Positions 27,722-37,077 of a stretch of DNA of 64,000 bases are shown here, one piece after another. Position 1 is the first letter of the stretch. Every line of letters starts with the position of its first letter. Source of the stretch: Oscillospiraceae bacterium (GTDB lineage: Bacteria > Bacillota > Clostridia > Oscillospirales > Oscillospiraceae). The position numbers and the translations under genes are program-made. The notes under the pieces were generated by a model. That model was not told the origin of the DNA. It worked only from the letters and a program-made list of their open reading frames with translations, and searched no databases. The DNA lies in contig JAJQEJ010000055.1 in NCBI GenBank assembly GCA_021201735.1, forward strand, positions 4,650 through 68,649, in the 5' to 3' direction.

Positions 27722-30139
27722 ATGCTGGATCAAACCATGGAGCTGCGCTTTTGCAAGGCGCGCCGCGCCGCCATCTCCCTCGACTTTCAGGCGCTCAACC
27801 CGGAGCAGCGCAACGCGGTGCTCGCCACAGAGGGGCCGCTGCTTCTGCTCGCGGGCGCGGGGAGTGGAAAGACCACCGTGCTTATTCACCGCATCGCCAA
27901 CCTCATCCGCTACGGCAGCGGCGCGGATAGCGATGACGTACCGGCCTGGGTGACGGAGGATGACCTGCTCTTTCTGGAGGCATACATAGCATCCCCCGCC
28001 CCCGCGGAAAAAAGCCGTGTGGAACGAATCTGCGCGCTCGAACCCGCCGCACCGTGGTCAATTCTCGCCATCACCTTTACCAACAAGGCCGCAGGTGAGC
28101 TCAAAGCCCGTCTGGAACACGTGCTCGGCGCGCAGGCCAATGATATCTGGGCGTCTACCTTCCACGCCGCCTGCTTGCGCATCCTCCGGCGGGATATTGA
28201 GCGGCTGGGATACGGCAGTAATTTTACCATCTACGACACCGCCGACAGCGAGCGGGTGATCAAGGCGATCCTCAAGGATCTCCGTCTGGACGACAAAACC
28301 TTCGCCCCCCGCTCCATGCTCGGCTATATCTCCCGCGCGAAGGACGCGATGAAGCTGGCGGCGGATTACAGCGGCGAGTGCCAAAAAACCGGCGACTACC
28401 GCCTGCAAAATATCGCGAAAATTTACGCAGAATACGAAAAGCGCCTCAAAGACGCGAACGCGCTGGACTTTGACGATATTATCCTGCAAACCGTGCGCCT
28501 GTTGTTACAGTTTGACGACGTGCGCGGTTATTATCAGCGGAAATTCCGCTATGTGCTCATTGACGAGTATCAGGACACCAACAACCTGCAATACCTGCTC
28601 GCCTCCACCCTTGCGGGCGGATATGAAAATTTCTGCGTAGTCGGGGACGACGACCAGTCCATCTACCGTTTTCGGGGCGCGACCATCGAAAATATTCTCT
28701 CCTTTGAAAAACAGTACCCCACAGCGCGGGTCATCCGTCTGGAGGAAAACTACCGCTCTACCGGCAATATTCTGGGCGCGAGCAACGCGGTCATCCGCAA
28801 CAATGAAGGGCGCAAAGGTAAGGAACTCTGGACAAAGCAGGAAAGCGGCGTCCCGGTGTGCCTGCATACGGCGACAGACGAACGGGACGAGGCGCGCTTT
28901 ATCGCCGCACAAGTTTTCGCAGATTATAATGAAGGGCAAAGCTGGGGGGACCACGCCGTACTCTACCGCCTGAACGCACAGTCAAACCAGCTGGAGGAGG
29001 CGTTCAAGCGCAACGGCATCCCGTACCGCATCATCGGGGGGACCCGCTTTTTTGACCGCGCCGAAATCAAGGACATGCTCGCGTACCTCTGCGTGGTACA
29101 TTTTCCGGACGATAATCTGCGCCTCACGCGCATCATCAATCAGCCGCCACGCGGCATTGGCGCGCGCACCGTGGAGCTGGCCACGTCCATTGCAGCGGAG
29201 GAGGGGCTGAGCATCTGGCAGGTGATTACGCAGGCACGTGAATATCCCGCGCTCCAGAAGGCGGCACCGAAGCTGGCGGCGTTTGTCGCGCTGATCGAAG
29301 AACTGCAAAAGCAGGCTGCCGCGCTGCCGCTGCCGGAATTATATGAGCAGGTGGTGGACCGCACCGGCTATGCCGTCATGCTGGAGAGTAAGGACACCAT
29401 AGAAGACCGCAGCCGTCTGGAAAACGTCAGAGAACTCCAGTCCTCTATCGTCGGATATCTGGAAAACGCGGAGGAGCCGTCTCTCGCCGGATTTTTGGAC
29501 GAAATCTCCCTCTACACCGACTGGGACAGCCAGTCTGTAGACGATAACTGCGTCTTGATGATGACCATGCATGCGGCAAAAGGGCTGGAATTCCCGGTGG
29601 TCTTTGTCGCAGGTGCGGAGGAGGGGATTTTCCCCGGCATCCGGTCTATCGGCGACCCGGAATCTATGGAGGAAGAGCGGCGGCTGTGCTATGTCGCCAT
29701 GACGCGCGCGAAAGAGCGGCTCTACATGACCTGCGCGTCCCGCCGAATGCTGTACGGGCGCACCTCCGGTGCCCTCCCCTCCCGCTTTTTAAGCGAAATA
29801 CCGCAGGAGTTTATCGAGCACAGCGGCCAGTCGCCCTATCAGCACAGCAGCGTGGAGGAGATGCACCGTGTTGCTGCCGCACCCGCACCTGTGGGTGCAG
29901 CGCGCCGTGGCTATTCCGTCCCGCGCGCGCAGGCGGCTGTGTCCGCATCTGCCCCCGCCTCGTCCGGCTCAGGCGCGTACAGCAAGGGCGATATGGTAGA
30001 CCATGCGGCGTTCGGGCGGGGGATGATTCTATCGCTCTCCCCCATGGGCGGGGATGCCCTGCTTGAAATTGCCTTTGATAAAGTTGGCACAAAAAAGCTG
30101 ATGCTCAAATCTGCGTCTCGTTTTATGACGCGCGTTTAG
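27722..30139 (+). CDS. pcrA: ATP-dependent DNA helicase PcrA/UvrD family
   Basis: AGAGSGKTTVL, DEYQDTNNLQY, TMHAAKGLEFPVVF, YVAMTRAKERL. 805 aa. Confidence 0.9.
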   Translation: MLDQTMELRFCKARRAAISLDFQALNPEQRNAVLATEGPLLLLAGAGSGKTTVLIHRIANLIRYGSGADSDDVPAWVTEDDLLFLEAYIASPAPAEKSRVERICALEPAAPWSILAITFTNKAAGELKARLEHVLGAQANDIWASTFHAACLRILRRDIERLGYGSNFTIYDTADSERVIKAILKDLRLDDKTFAPRSMLGYISRAKDAMKLAADYSGECQKTGDYRLQNIAKIYAEYEKRLKDANALDFDDIILQTVRLLLQFDDVRGYYQRKFRYVLIDEYQDTNNLQYLLASTLAGGYENFCVVGDDDQSIYRFRGATIENILSFEKQYPTARVIRLEENYRSTGNILGASNAVIRNNEGRKGKELWTKQESGVPVCLHTATDERDEARFIAAQVFADYNEGQSWGDHAVLYRLNAQSNQLEEAFKRNGIPYRIIGGTRFFDRAEIKDMLAYLCVVHFPDDNLRLTRIINQPPRGIGARTVELATSIAAEEGLSIWQVITQAREYPALQKAAPKLAAFVALIEELQKQAAALPLPELYEQVVDRTGYAVMLESKDTIEDRSRLENVRELQSSIVGYLENAEEPSLAGFLDEISLYTDWDSQSVDDNCVLMMTMHAAKGLEFPVVFVAGAEEGIFPGIRSIGDPESMEEERRLCYVAMTRAKERLYMTCASRRMLYGRTSGALPSRFLSEIPQEFIEHSGQSPYQHSSVEEMHRVAAAPAPVGAARRGYSVPRAQAAVSASAPASSGSGAYSKGDMVDHAAFGRGMILSLSPMGGDALLEIAFDKVGTKKLMLKSASRFMTRV

Positions 30140-30228
30140 CGGGGGGCCTCGGCAACAATGATAAGCACCCAACATAGCCCCCAATCCCCTCACAAGGGAA
30201 CCGGGGGCTGCCTGCTGTCAAAAACATC

Positions 30229-30816
30229 TCATATAAGCCAAAATCTCCATGGAAAATGAATTGCCTCTTCGGCGTAGTCAATATTGATCCGCTCGCCCAC
30301 GCCAATCTCCTCCGGAGGTTCGCCCGCGTCAAGCACATACAGCTCATCCCCCAGCAGGGACGCGCCATTTTGCGCCCGCGTCAGCGCGAGTGCTTTGCAG
30401 AGCTTGCCAGGACCGTTGAGAAAATTGCGTGTTTGATAGCGCGTCATCCGTGCGGCGGAAACGCCGAAACGGTGCGCCGCCATACAATCCAGCCCTTCTA
30501 CTGCCTCGGCGCCGCGGATGAGCACCGCGCACGGCTCCCCCGCTGCCTCGGTGACGAAATTCAGGCAGTGGTACATGCCGTAAATGAGGTAAATATACGC
30601 CGTGCCAGGCGGCGCGAATAGGGTTTCCGTGCGTGGGGTACGTTTATAGCCATAGGCGTGGCACGCCTTGTCTACGCGCCCGATATACGCCTCTGTCTCA
30701 GTAATCCGCACCACCAGCCGCTGGCCATTCCATTCCCTCACCAAGTGCTTGCCGAGCAACGCCCGCGCAACAGCCACGGTGTCCCGGTCATAAAAATCGC
30801 GCGCTAACTTCGTCAT
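30229..30816 (-). CDS. DNA-3-methyladenine glycosylase (Mpg/AAG family)
   Basis: FYDRDTVAVARALLGK, ITETEAYIG, GTAYIYLIYGMYHCLNFV. Start at the ATG at 30816, just after the hslO stop. Confidence 0.85.
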   Translation of the reverse strand: MTKLARDFYDRDTVAVARALLGKHLVREWNGQRLVVRITETEAYIGRVDKACHAYGYKRTPRTETLFAPPGTAYIYLIYGMYHCLNFVTEAAGEPCAVLIRGAEAVEGLDCMAAHRFGVSAARMTRYQTRNFLNGPGKLCKALALTRAQNGASLLGDELYVLDAGEPPEEIGVGERINIDYAEEAIHFPWRFWLI

Positions 30817-30820
30817 GTAA

Positions 30821-31702
30821 TCACAGCTCCGTGAGCAGCGCGCGCAGGTCATCCCGGTCGAACACATACACCGCATCGCAGAACTTGCACGTCAACTCCG
30901 CCTGCCCCTGCTCGGCGATCAGGCTTTTGATCTCCTCCCTGCCCAGGCTGCGCAGTGCGTTTGTCACCCGCTCCCGGCTGCAATAGCAGCGGTATTCCAC
31001 CGGAGACTCCGTCAGAATCTCAAGGTCAAAATCTTTGAGTACAGTGTGCAGGACATCCAGCGCAGACGCGCCGGATTGCAGCAGCTTTGTCACACTGCCA
31101 GCCTCCACCACACCGCGCTCCACCTTTGCAATTACATCGTCGTCCGCGCCCGGCAGGAGGTGAATGAGATACCCTCCCGCGCACTGCACCGACTGGTCGG
31201 TATCCACCAGCACCCCCAGCGCGCACGCCGTGGGTATCTGCTCGCTTTCATAAAAATAGGCGGTCACATCGTCGGCGATTTCACCGGAGAGAAGGCCCAC
31301 ACTGCCGACATACGGCTCACGCAGCCCAATATCCTTGGAAACCGTCAGGTTCCCATCCACGCCGACGGCCGTGCCCACATCCGGCTTGCCGGGTGCGAGT
31401 GGTGGCACCTCCGCCTGCGGGTTCTGTACCGTCCCGCGCACATTTCCCATGCTGTCGGACACGGCCATAATGCTCCCCAGCGGCCCGCCGCCCTGAATGC
31501 GCAGGGTCACCGCGCCGTGCTCCTCCTTGAGCTGGTTGCCCATCAGGGAACATGCCATCAGCGTTCGGCCCAGGGCGTTCGTCGCGACGGGCAGGGTCAT
31601 GTGAATCTGTCTCGCGCGCTCCACCAATTCTCTCGCACAGATCGCACTCGCCTTAATCGGCGCGTCTCTGGCGAGCATGCGTATAATCCGGTCTTTTGTC
31701 AT
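30821..31702 (-). CDS. hslO: Hsp33 redox-regulated chaperone
   Basis: MTKDRIIRML.. and the C-terminal zinc centre CYCSRE...CKFCD. The ORF-track entry (to 32074) is an upstream extension that overlaps the methyltransferase gene. Confidence 0.85.
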   Translation of the reverse strand: MTKDRIIRMLARDAPIKASAICARELVERARQIHMTLPVATNALGRTLMACSLMGNQLKEEHGAVTLRIQGGGPLGSIMAVSDSMGNVRGTVQNPQAEVPPLAPGKPDVGTAVGVDGNLTVSKDIGLREPYVGSVGLLSGEIADDVTAYFYESEQIPTACALGVLVDTDQSVQCAGGYLIHLLPGADDDVIAKVERGVVEAGSVTKLLQSGASALDVLHTVLKDFDLEILTESPVEYRCYCSRERVTNALRSLGREEIKSLIAEQGQAELTCKFCDAVYVFDRDDLRALLTEL

Positions 31703-32450
31703 GCTTTTTTTCCTTTCGCCCGACAATGAAGACACGCTCATCCGTCGGCTTCGGCTGACGCAGTTTCCTGTCCCCATATTGCTTGATCGACTGAAACCCG
31801 ACAGCATGCATGTATCTGCACAGCTCGTCCGGATCATAGAGCAATTGCTCGTGGTACTCCTCGCCTCGCCGCCAAACGTCACCGTCCCGGCGGAACACAT
31901 CCATGCCGAAGCCGCAGATGCGGCGCAGGGGCTTGTCTTCCGCCCGCCAGACGCAATAGGTGTCCTCCGTCTCATCCAGAAACACCTGCCCGTCCATCTC
32001 CCGCAGACGCGCCGGCATGCGCGCATCAAAGAGAAACAGTCCTCCCTGCTCCATGAAAAGATACACCTGCTCAAACGCCCGCAGCAATTTTTGCGGCTTG
32101 GTCACATAGTTCACGCTATCCAGACAGCAGATACACGCGTCCACCGTGCCGTACAAATCAAGCTTTTCCATATCCTGATGAAGAAAAATGGGCGGTTCAG
32201 GCGTAATATCCCTGCATTTTTCCGCCGCCTTCGCGAGCATATCCTCCGATGCATCCACACCGATCATCTCATACCCGCGCAAGGCAAGCTCCTTTGTCAG
32301 ACTCCCTGTTCCACACGCCAACTCCAGCACCGTGTGGATGGGAGCCCCACTGCGTGCGAAGTGCTTCTCTATATAATCGGCCCATTGCGGGTACACGACG
32401 TCTTTTGTCAGCTCGTCGTAGGAACCCGCCAAAAACTCATAGCTACTCAT
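31653..32450 (-). CDS. Class I SAM-dependent methyltransferase
   Basis: Motif I VLELACGTGSLT, and IGVDASEDML. 265 aa. The 3' end overlaps my hslO start by 50 nt. Confidence 0.8.
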   Translation of the reverse strand: MSSYEFLAGSYDELTKDVVYPQWADYIEKHFARSGAPIHTVLELACGTGSLTKELALRGYEMIGVDASEDMLAKAAEKCRDITPEPPIFLHQDMEKLDLYGTVDACICCLDSVNYVTKPQKLLRAFEQVYLFMEQGGLFLFDARMPARLREMDGQVFLDETEDTYCVWRAEDKPLRRICGFGMDVFRRDGDVWRRGEEYHEQLLYDPDELCRYMHAVGFQSIKQYGDRKLRQPKPTDERVFIVGRKEKKHDKRPDYTHARQRRAD

Positions 32451-32453
32451 TGA

Positions 32454-32756
32454 TTACCAATCTTCCTTTATCTCCTTGATGCGGGGCAGCACCACCTGAT
32501 AGCCGTCCGCGCCATAGCGCAGGGAACGGTTGACGCGGCTGATGGTCGCGCTTGATGCCCCCGTCTTTTCTAAAATATCGTTGTAAATCATGCCGTCCCA
32601 TAATAGAAGCGCAACATCGAAGCGCTGCTCCATGGCACGCAGTTCAGAAACCGTACACAAATCAGAAAAGAATTTTTTGCATTCCTCCGCATTTTCCAGC
32701 TGAAGAATGGCTTCATACAGCCTATCGCTGCCCGGCTTTTCGTCCACCTTTTTCAT
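32454..32756 (-). CDS. YerC/YecD (TrpR-like) family DNA-binding protein
   Basis: LYEAILQLENAEECKKFFSDLCTVSELRAMEQRF..GASSATISRVNRSL. Start at the ATG at 32756. Confidence 0.75.
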   Translation of the reverse strand: MKKVDEKPGSDRLYEAILQLENAEECKKFFSDLCTVSELRAMEQRFDVALLLWDGMIYNDILEKTGASSATISRVNRSLRYGADGYQVVLPRIKEIKEDW

Positions 32757-32930
32757 GAAAGGCAAGCCTCCTGTCCTCGTTGAGATCACGTTCATACTTC
32801 ACCACGTTAATACTGCTATATTTTATCAAAGCGCCGTATGAAAGTAAACCTTTTTCACCATTTTTTCATTGAAAACATAGAGTAAAGCAGAAAATATTAT
32901 GATTCGCCCTGAAAATGGAGGTCTGCCGAA

Positions 32931-33620
32931 ATGAAAAAGAAGCTCCAAGCGCCCCATGCCCCACCGCAGATAGAGCACATTTGTGAGGATGAGACACTGG
33001 AATCCGAGACCGAACCGGTGCTTTCCCTATCCATATCCTACCCGGCGCTTCCGGATGAGGGCCCCGCCTTCCGGCGTATCAACCGCTACTATCGACAGCT
33101 GGTGCAGACACTTCGGACGCGCTGGACAAACGAATATTACCACGCCGCCTGTACCTGCGCGGCTGCAATGCGCGCAAATTCACATCCTTTCGCGCCCTGG
33201 GAGGCTACACTTTCCTTTACGGTGACGCTGTGCACGCAGGAAACCCTCTCGCTTTTTTTCACCGTGACAGAGCATTTCTCCGGTGTGCGCCCCGTCTCCG
33301 TCCTGCGCGGGGATACGTGGGAGCTTTCCGGCGGAAGCCCTGTGTCGCTGCATACGCTGTTCCCGGAAAAGGGCTGGAAGAAGCGGCTCCTGCACGCCGT
33401 GACGGATGAGGGCTCCGCCCGTCTGGCGCGTGGGGAGAGCCTCTTCTTTGAAGACTGGCAGGTGCGCGCGGTCAGCCATTTTTCAGCCGATCGCTTTTAT
33501 CTTACGCCGGATGCGGTCGTATTATTTTATCCCCTGTGCCTGATTGCCCCTTATCTGGAACAAACGGTGTGCTTCTCCCTCCCCTATGCGTCCGCGCAGC
33601 CTGATGCGGTATCGGATTAG
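32931..33620 (+). CDS. Hypothetical protein, DUF4163/DUF3298-like pattern
   Basis: 229 aa. LSISYPALPDEGPAFRRINRYY and a C-terminal FYLTPDAVVLFYPLCLIAPY resemble the PdaC/RsiV-type domains. This is recognition from memory only. Confidence 0.4.
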   Translation: MKKKLQAPHAPPQIEHICEDETLESETEPVLSLSISYPALPDEGPAFRRINRYYRQLVQTLRTRWTNEYYHAACTCAAAMRANSHPFAPWEATLSFTVTLCTQETLSLFFTVTEHFSGVRPVSVLRGDTWELSGGSPVSLHTLFPEKGWKKRLLHAVTDEGSARLARGESLFFEDWQVRAVSHFSADRFYLTPDAVVLFYPLCLIAPYLEQTVCFSLPYASAQPDAVSD

Positions 33621-33641
33621 CAGCGGACGGAAAATTCGTTC

Positions 33642-33670
33642 TTGCATCACCGCCGCACATACGATATAAT
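33642..33670 (+). promoter_or_regulatory. Sigma-A type promoter of purA
   Basis: TTGCAT (33642-33647), 17 nt, then TATAAT (33665-33670). Confidence 0.65.
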
Positions 33671-33775
33671 AAATCGTACTGCGGCTATCATAGCCCGCTT
33701 TTTCATGTCATCAGGAAAAATCAGGCGTCTTTCTGGACCCGGATAAAAAGACGTCTCAAATTGGAGGATTTACCA

Positions 33776-35050
33776 ATGGTCAAAGCGATTGTCGGCGCGA
33801 ACTGGGGTGACGAGGGCAAGGGGAAAATCACCGATCTTCTGGCGGAAAGCTCCGACGTTGTCGTCCGCTTTCAGGGCGGCGCGAACGCGGGGCATACGAT
33901 CATATGCGATTACGGAAAGTTTGCGCTCCACCAGCTCCCTTCCGGCGTATTTTATCCCCACACCACAAATATTATTGGTACCGGCGTGGCGCTGAATGTG
34001 CCCGCGCTCTTCCGTGAGCTTGAGAGCCTCAAGGCAGGGGGCGTTCCCACGCCGCGGCTGATTATTTCGGAGCGCACCCAATTACTTATGTCATATCATA
34101 TCCTTCTGGATACTTATGAAGAAGAGCGTCTGGAAGGAGAGGCGTTTGGCTCGACAAAGTCCGGCATTGCGCCCTTTTATTCCGATAAATACGCGAAGTA
34201 TGGCATCCAGATCTGTGAGCTATGGGATGAGGCGCGTCTCCTGCACCGTCTGGAGGGAATCTGCGCGCGCAAGAATGTCCTGTTGGAGCATCTCTACCAT
34301 AAGCCGGTACTCAATGCCAAATCACTGCTTGACGAGCTGATGGGATACCGCGACAAGCTCGCCCCCCTCATCGGTGACGTGACCGGATTCATCCACCAGG
34401 CGCTGGGGGACAACAAGCGCATTCTTTTGGAAGGGCAGCTCGGCTCCATGAAGGACCCCGACTATGGCATCTATCCGTATACCACCTCCTCCCACACCCT
34501 CGCGGGCTTCGGCACGGTGGGCGGTGGTATTCCACCCACCGCGATCACCGATGTTGTGGCTGTAACCAAGGCGTATTCCTCGTCTGTGGGCACGGGCGCC
34601 TTTGTCAGTGAGCTCTTTGGTGAAGATGCTGAGTTGCTGCGCAAAAACGGCGGCGACGCGGGCGAATACGGCGCGACCACAGGGCGTCCCCGCCGCGTGG
34701 GCTGGTTTGACGCGGTCGCCACAAAATATGGCTGTATGGTACAGGGCGCGACCGAGGTAGTGCTCACCGCGATTGACTGCCTGGGCTATTTGGACGAGGT
34801 TAAAATCTGCACCGGATATGCGCTTGACGGCAAGGTGACCGACGTATTCCCCGTCTCTCCCCTGCTGGATCAGGCAAAACCGGTCTATGAGACCCTCCCC
34901 GGCTGGAAGTGTGATGTGCGCGGCTGCACCGACTTTGATGCACTGCCGCGCGAGGCAAAGGACTATGTCTCCCGTATTGAACAGTTGATCGGCGTGCCGA
35001 TTAAAACCGTCTCCACCGGCCCAAAGCGGCACGAAATTGCAATTCGCTAG
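33776..35050 (+). CDS. purA: Adenylosuccinate synthase
   Basis: MVKAIVGANWGDEGKGKITD, FQGGANAGHTI, TTGRPRRVGWFD. Start at the ATG at 33776, after GGAGGA. Confidence 0.95.
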   Translation: MVKAIVGANWGDEGKGKITDLLAESSDVVVRFQGGANAGHTIICDYGKFALHQLPSGVFYPHTTNIIGTGVALNVPALFRELESLKAGGVPTPRLIISERTQLLMSYHILLDTYEEERLEGEAFGSTKSGIAPFYSDKYAKYGIQICELWDEARLLHRLEGICARKNVLLEHLYHKPVLNAKSLLDELMGYRDKLAPLIGDVTGFIHQALGDNKRILLEGQLGSMKDPDYGIYPYTTSSHTLAGFGTVGGGIPPTAITDVVAVTKAYSSSVGTGAFVSELFGEDAELLRKNGGDAGEYGATTGRPRRVGWFDAVATKYGCMVQGATEVVLTAIDCLGYLDEVKICTGYALDGKVTDVFPVSPLLDQAKPVYETLPGWKCDVRGCTDFDALPREAKDYVSRIEQLIGVPIKTVSTGPKRHEIAIR

Positions 35051-35059
35051 ATTTTCGAT

Positions 35060-35096
35060 GCCAGACAGCGCGTGAAAGCGCGCTGTCTGGCATTTT
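35060..35096 (+). terminator. purA intrinsic terminator
   Basis: A 13-bp stem, GCCAGACAGCGCG / CGCGCTGTCTGGC, followed by ATTTT. Confidence 0.75.
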
Positions 35097-35247
35097 CCCC
35101 TTGTGCCTGCGGATAACAAAAGCTATCTTTTTTTCATTTTGCTCTTTACAAACGAAAATATTCTGCTATACTATATAAGGTTGTCAGTGGAAGCAGTGTC
35201 TGCACACTGTAGACCAACAATGTTTGCATTCCAGAAAAATTCAATAC

Positions 35248-35323
35248 GGGGAATTAGCTCAGCTGGGAGAGCGCCTGGTTCGCAATCAGGAGGTCAGGGG
35301 TTCGATCCCCCTATTCTCCACCA
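35248..35323 (+). tRNA. tRNA-Ala (anticodon CGC), CCA encoded
   Basis: GGGGAATTAGCTCAGCTGGGAGAGCG... with the G3:U70 Ala identity pair. Anticodon loop TTCGCAA. T loop GGTTCGATCC. 3' end CCACCA. Confidence 0.9.
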
Positions 35324-35324
35324 G

Positions 35325-35359
35325 AAAAGGCCTGAAAAATCAGGCCTTTTCTCTTTTTT
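35325..35359 (+). terminator. Intrinsic terminator after tRNA-Ala
   Basis: AAAAGGCCTGA aaaa TCAGGCCTTTT followed by CTCTTTTTT. Confidence 0.8.
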
Positions 35360-35499
35360 AATAATCCTGCGCTCCATTCATAATTTACCTGGAATCATAA
35401 TAGTATATGGTGGAAGAGTTACATTTTCAGAAAAATATCTTGATATTTATGAATTTAATGTTATAATAATTTTATATTTACCGTTTGGAAGGACGCGAA

Positions 35500-37077
35500 A
35501 TGATTATGAAATTGCCAAAAGGAAACAGCGCTACGCCATTAAAACGGGCTGTATGCTTTATATTAGCGGCCATCCTGCTTTTTTCCATTGGCCTGCAAAG
35601 TGTTTGGGCAACAGAGGATGCTTTAGACGCGTCTGAGACGGAGGAAATTCAGTTATTGGAGGAAGAAGAAGCCCAATATTATACCGTAACATTTTATATC
35701 GATGCTGCCACATCTTCTACAATCACGGTCAAGAATGGCGATTATTGTATTGAGCCGGAGGTACCGGAAATACCTGCTGGCATGAATTCCTTTTTGGGGT
35801 GGTTTTTAGAGGATGAACCTGTGGAAGTGGGCAATTATTTTGTATTTGAGGATGAACCAATTGACGAGGATATCGTGCTGACTGCCCAGTTCTCTCCGGA
35901 TTATCTGGTTCATTTTCTGGACATCGCAGGGCAGGTTGCCTATTCTGCGCTGGTGGAACCGGACGAATACATCACTGCGCCTGAGCTCTCGTTGCTCCCT
36001 CCTGCTGGAACGCTTTTTACAGGGAAATGGCGGCTGGAAGACGAAACAGAGCCCTTTGATTTTGAAACCCAGAGCATCACCGGTAACTTTACTTTTCTTC
36101 CCATCTTGGAAGACCTTTATCTGGTACAATTTGTGACAGATGGAACACTGGAAGAACCACAGACCATTGCCATAAATGGTCTGGTAACAGAGCCGGAAAA
36201 CGAGCCCTCCCGGCCGGGCTATCGCTTTTCACATTGGTCCTTAGAAGAAAACGGAGCAGCGTACGACTTCAGCACTCCGGTAACCAGTGATTTAACCATC
36301 TATGCGGTCTGGGAAGCAGAGGATGTAGAGATTCGGGTGGTCTATTGGCTGGAGAATGAGAACCTGCCCCTTGACTTTGAGCGGGATACTCTAAGCAACT
36401 ACTCCTATGCAACTGCCCTCAATTATGAGGTTGCGGCGGGCAGTGAAATTTATGCCGATGCATCGTCTCTGAATATCTCAACGCAAAGTGCGATTTCCCT
36501 GTTTCCCAGTGGTGATACAGCCTTCTCCATCGCCACTTTACAGGTGGACGCTAACGGAAGCGCATCCAACGGAGCTCCCTACGCAAGCTTTTACACCGCC
36601 TCGGCAGTTGCGGAAAACCCTGCCACCGTATCCGGCGACGGCTCCACTGTGATCAATGTTTACCTGACCCGAAAGATATATCATATGAACTTTGTGATAG
36701 ACAGCATCGCTTCCGGCTATAAACTAACCCTCTCCGAGACCATGCAGGAGTTAATGGGACTTTCTACGGACGAATTCACTTCCGATGACAATGGAGTTTA
36801 TTCTTACACCGTTTATGCAAAAATTGGCATGCAGGTTTCTGAGCAATTCCCATCCCCTTTCTATGGAAATTCTGAGGAGAGTCATTTTACGTATAGCAAG
36901 CCGAATTCTGTCATGCGCGGCTGGGGGCCCTGGAAAACGCAGAGCATGACGGTCCTGACCACCAAGCATCTTATGACAGATACCTCCACGCAATACGCAG
37001 ACTCTTTTGACAGCGCTACGAATACGGCTACGTATAAGAGCCGTTTTGATTCGAATGTCCATCGCACGGTTCAATAA
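35500..37077 (+). CDS. Surface protein, N-terminal part (signal peptide + Flg_new repeats); upstream half of a frame-split LPXTG protein
   Basis: Start at the ATG at 35500 (GGAAGGA RBS). Signal peptide MIMKLPKGNSATPLKRAVCFILAAILLFSIGLQSVWA. Flg_new-type repeats (YTVTFY..FLGWF..LTAQF; GYRFSHWS..IYAVW). Ends in a stop without any anchor. AT-richer than its flanks. Confidence 0.7.
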   Translation: MIMKLPKGNSATPLKRAVCFILAAILLFSIGLQSVWATEDALDASETEEIQLLEEEEAQYYTVTFYIDAATSSTITVKNGDYCIEPEVPEIPAGMNSFLGWFLEDEPVEVGNYFVFEDEPIDEDIVLTAQFSPDYLVHFLDIAGQVAYSALVEPDEYITAPELSLLPPAGTLFTGKWRLEDETEPFDFETQSITGNFTFLPILEDLYLVQFVTDGTLEEPQTIAINGLVTEPENEPSRPGYRFSHWSLEENGAAYDFSTPVTSDLTIYAVWEAEDVEIRVVYWLENENLPLDFERDTLSNYSYATALNYEVAAGSEIYADASSLNISTQSAISLFPSGDTAFSIATLQVDANGSASNGAPYASFYTASAVAENPATVSGDGSTVINVYLTRKIYHMNFVIDSIASGYKLTLSETMQELMGLSTDEFTSDDNGVYSYTVYAKIGMQVSEQFPSPFYGNSEESHFTYSKPNSVMRGWGPWKTQSMTVLTTKHLMTDTSTQYADSFDSATNTATYKSRFDSNVHRTVQ

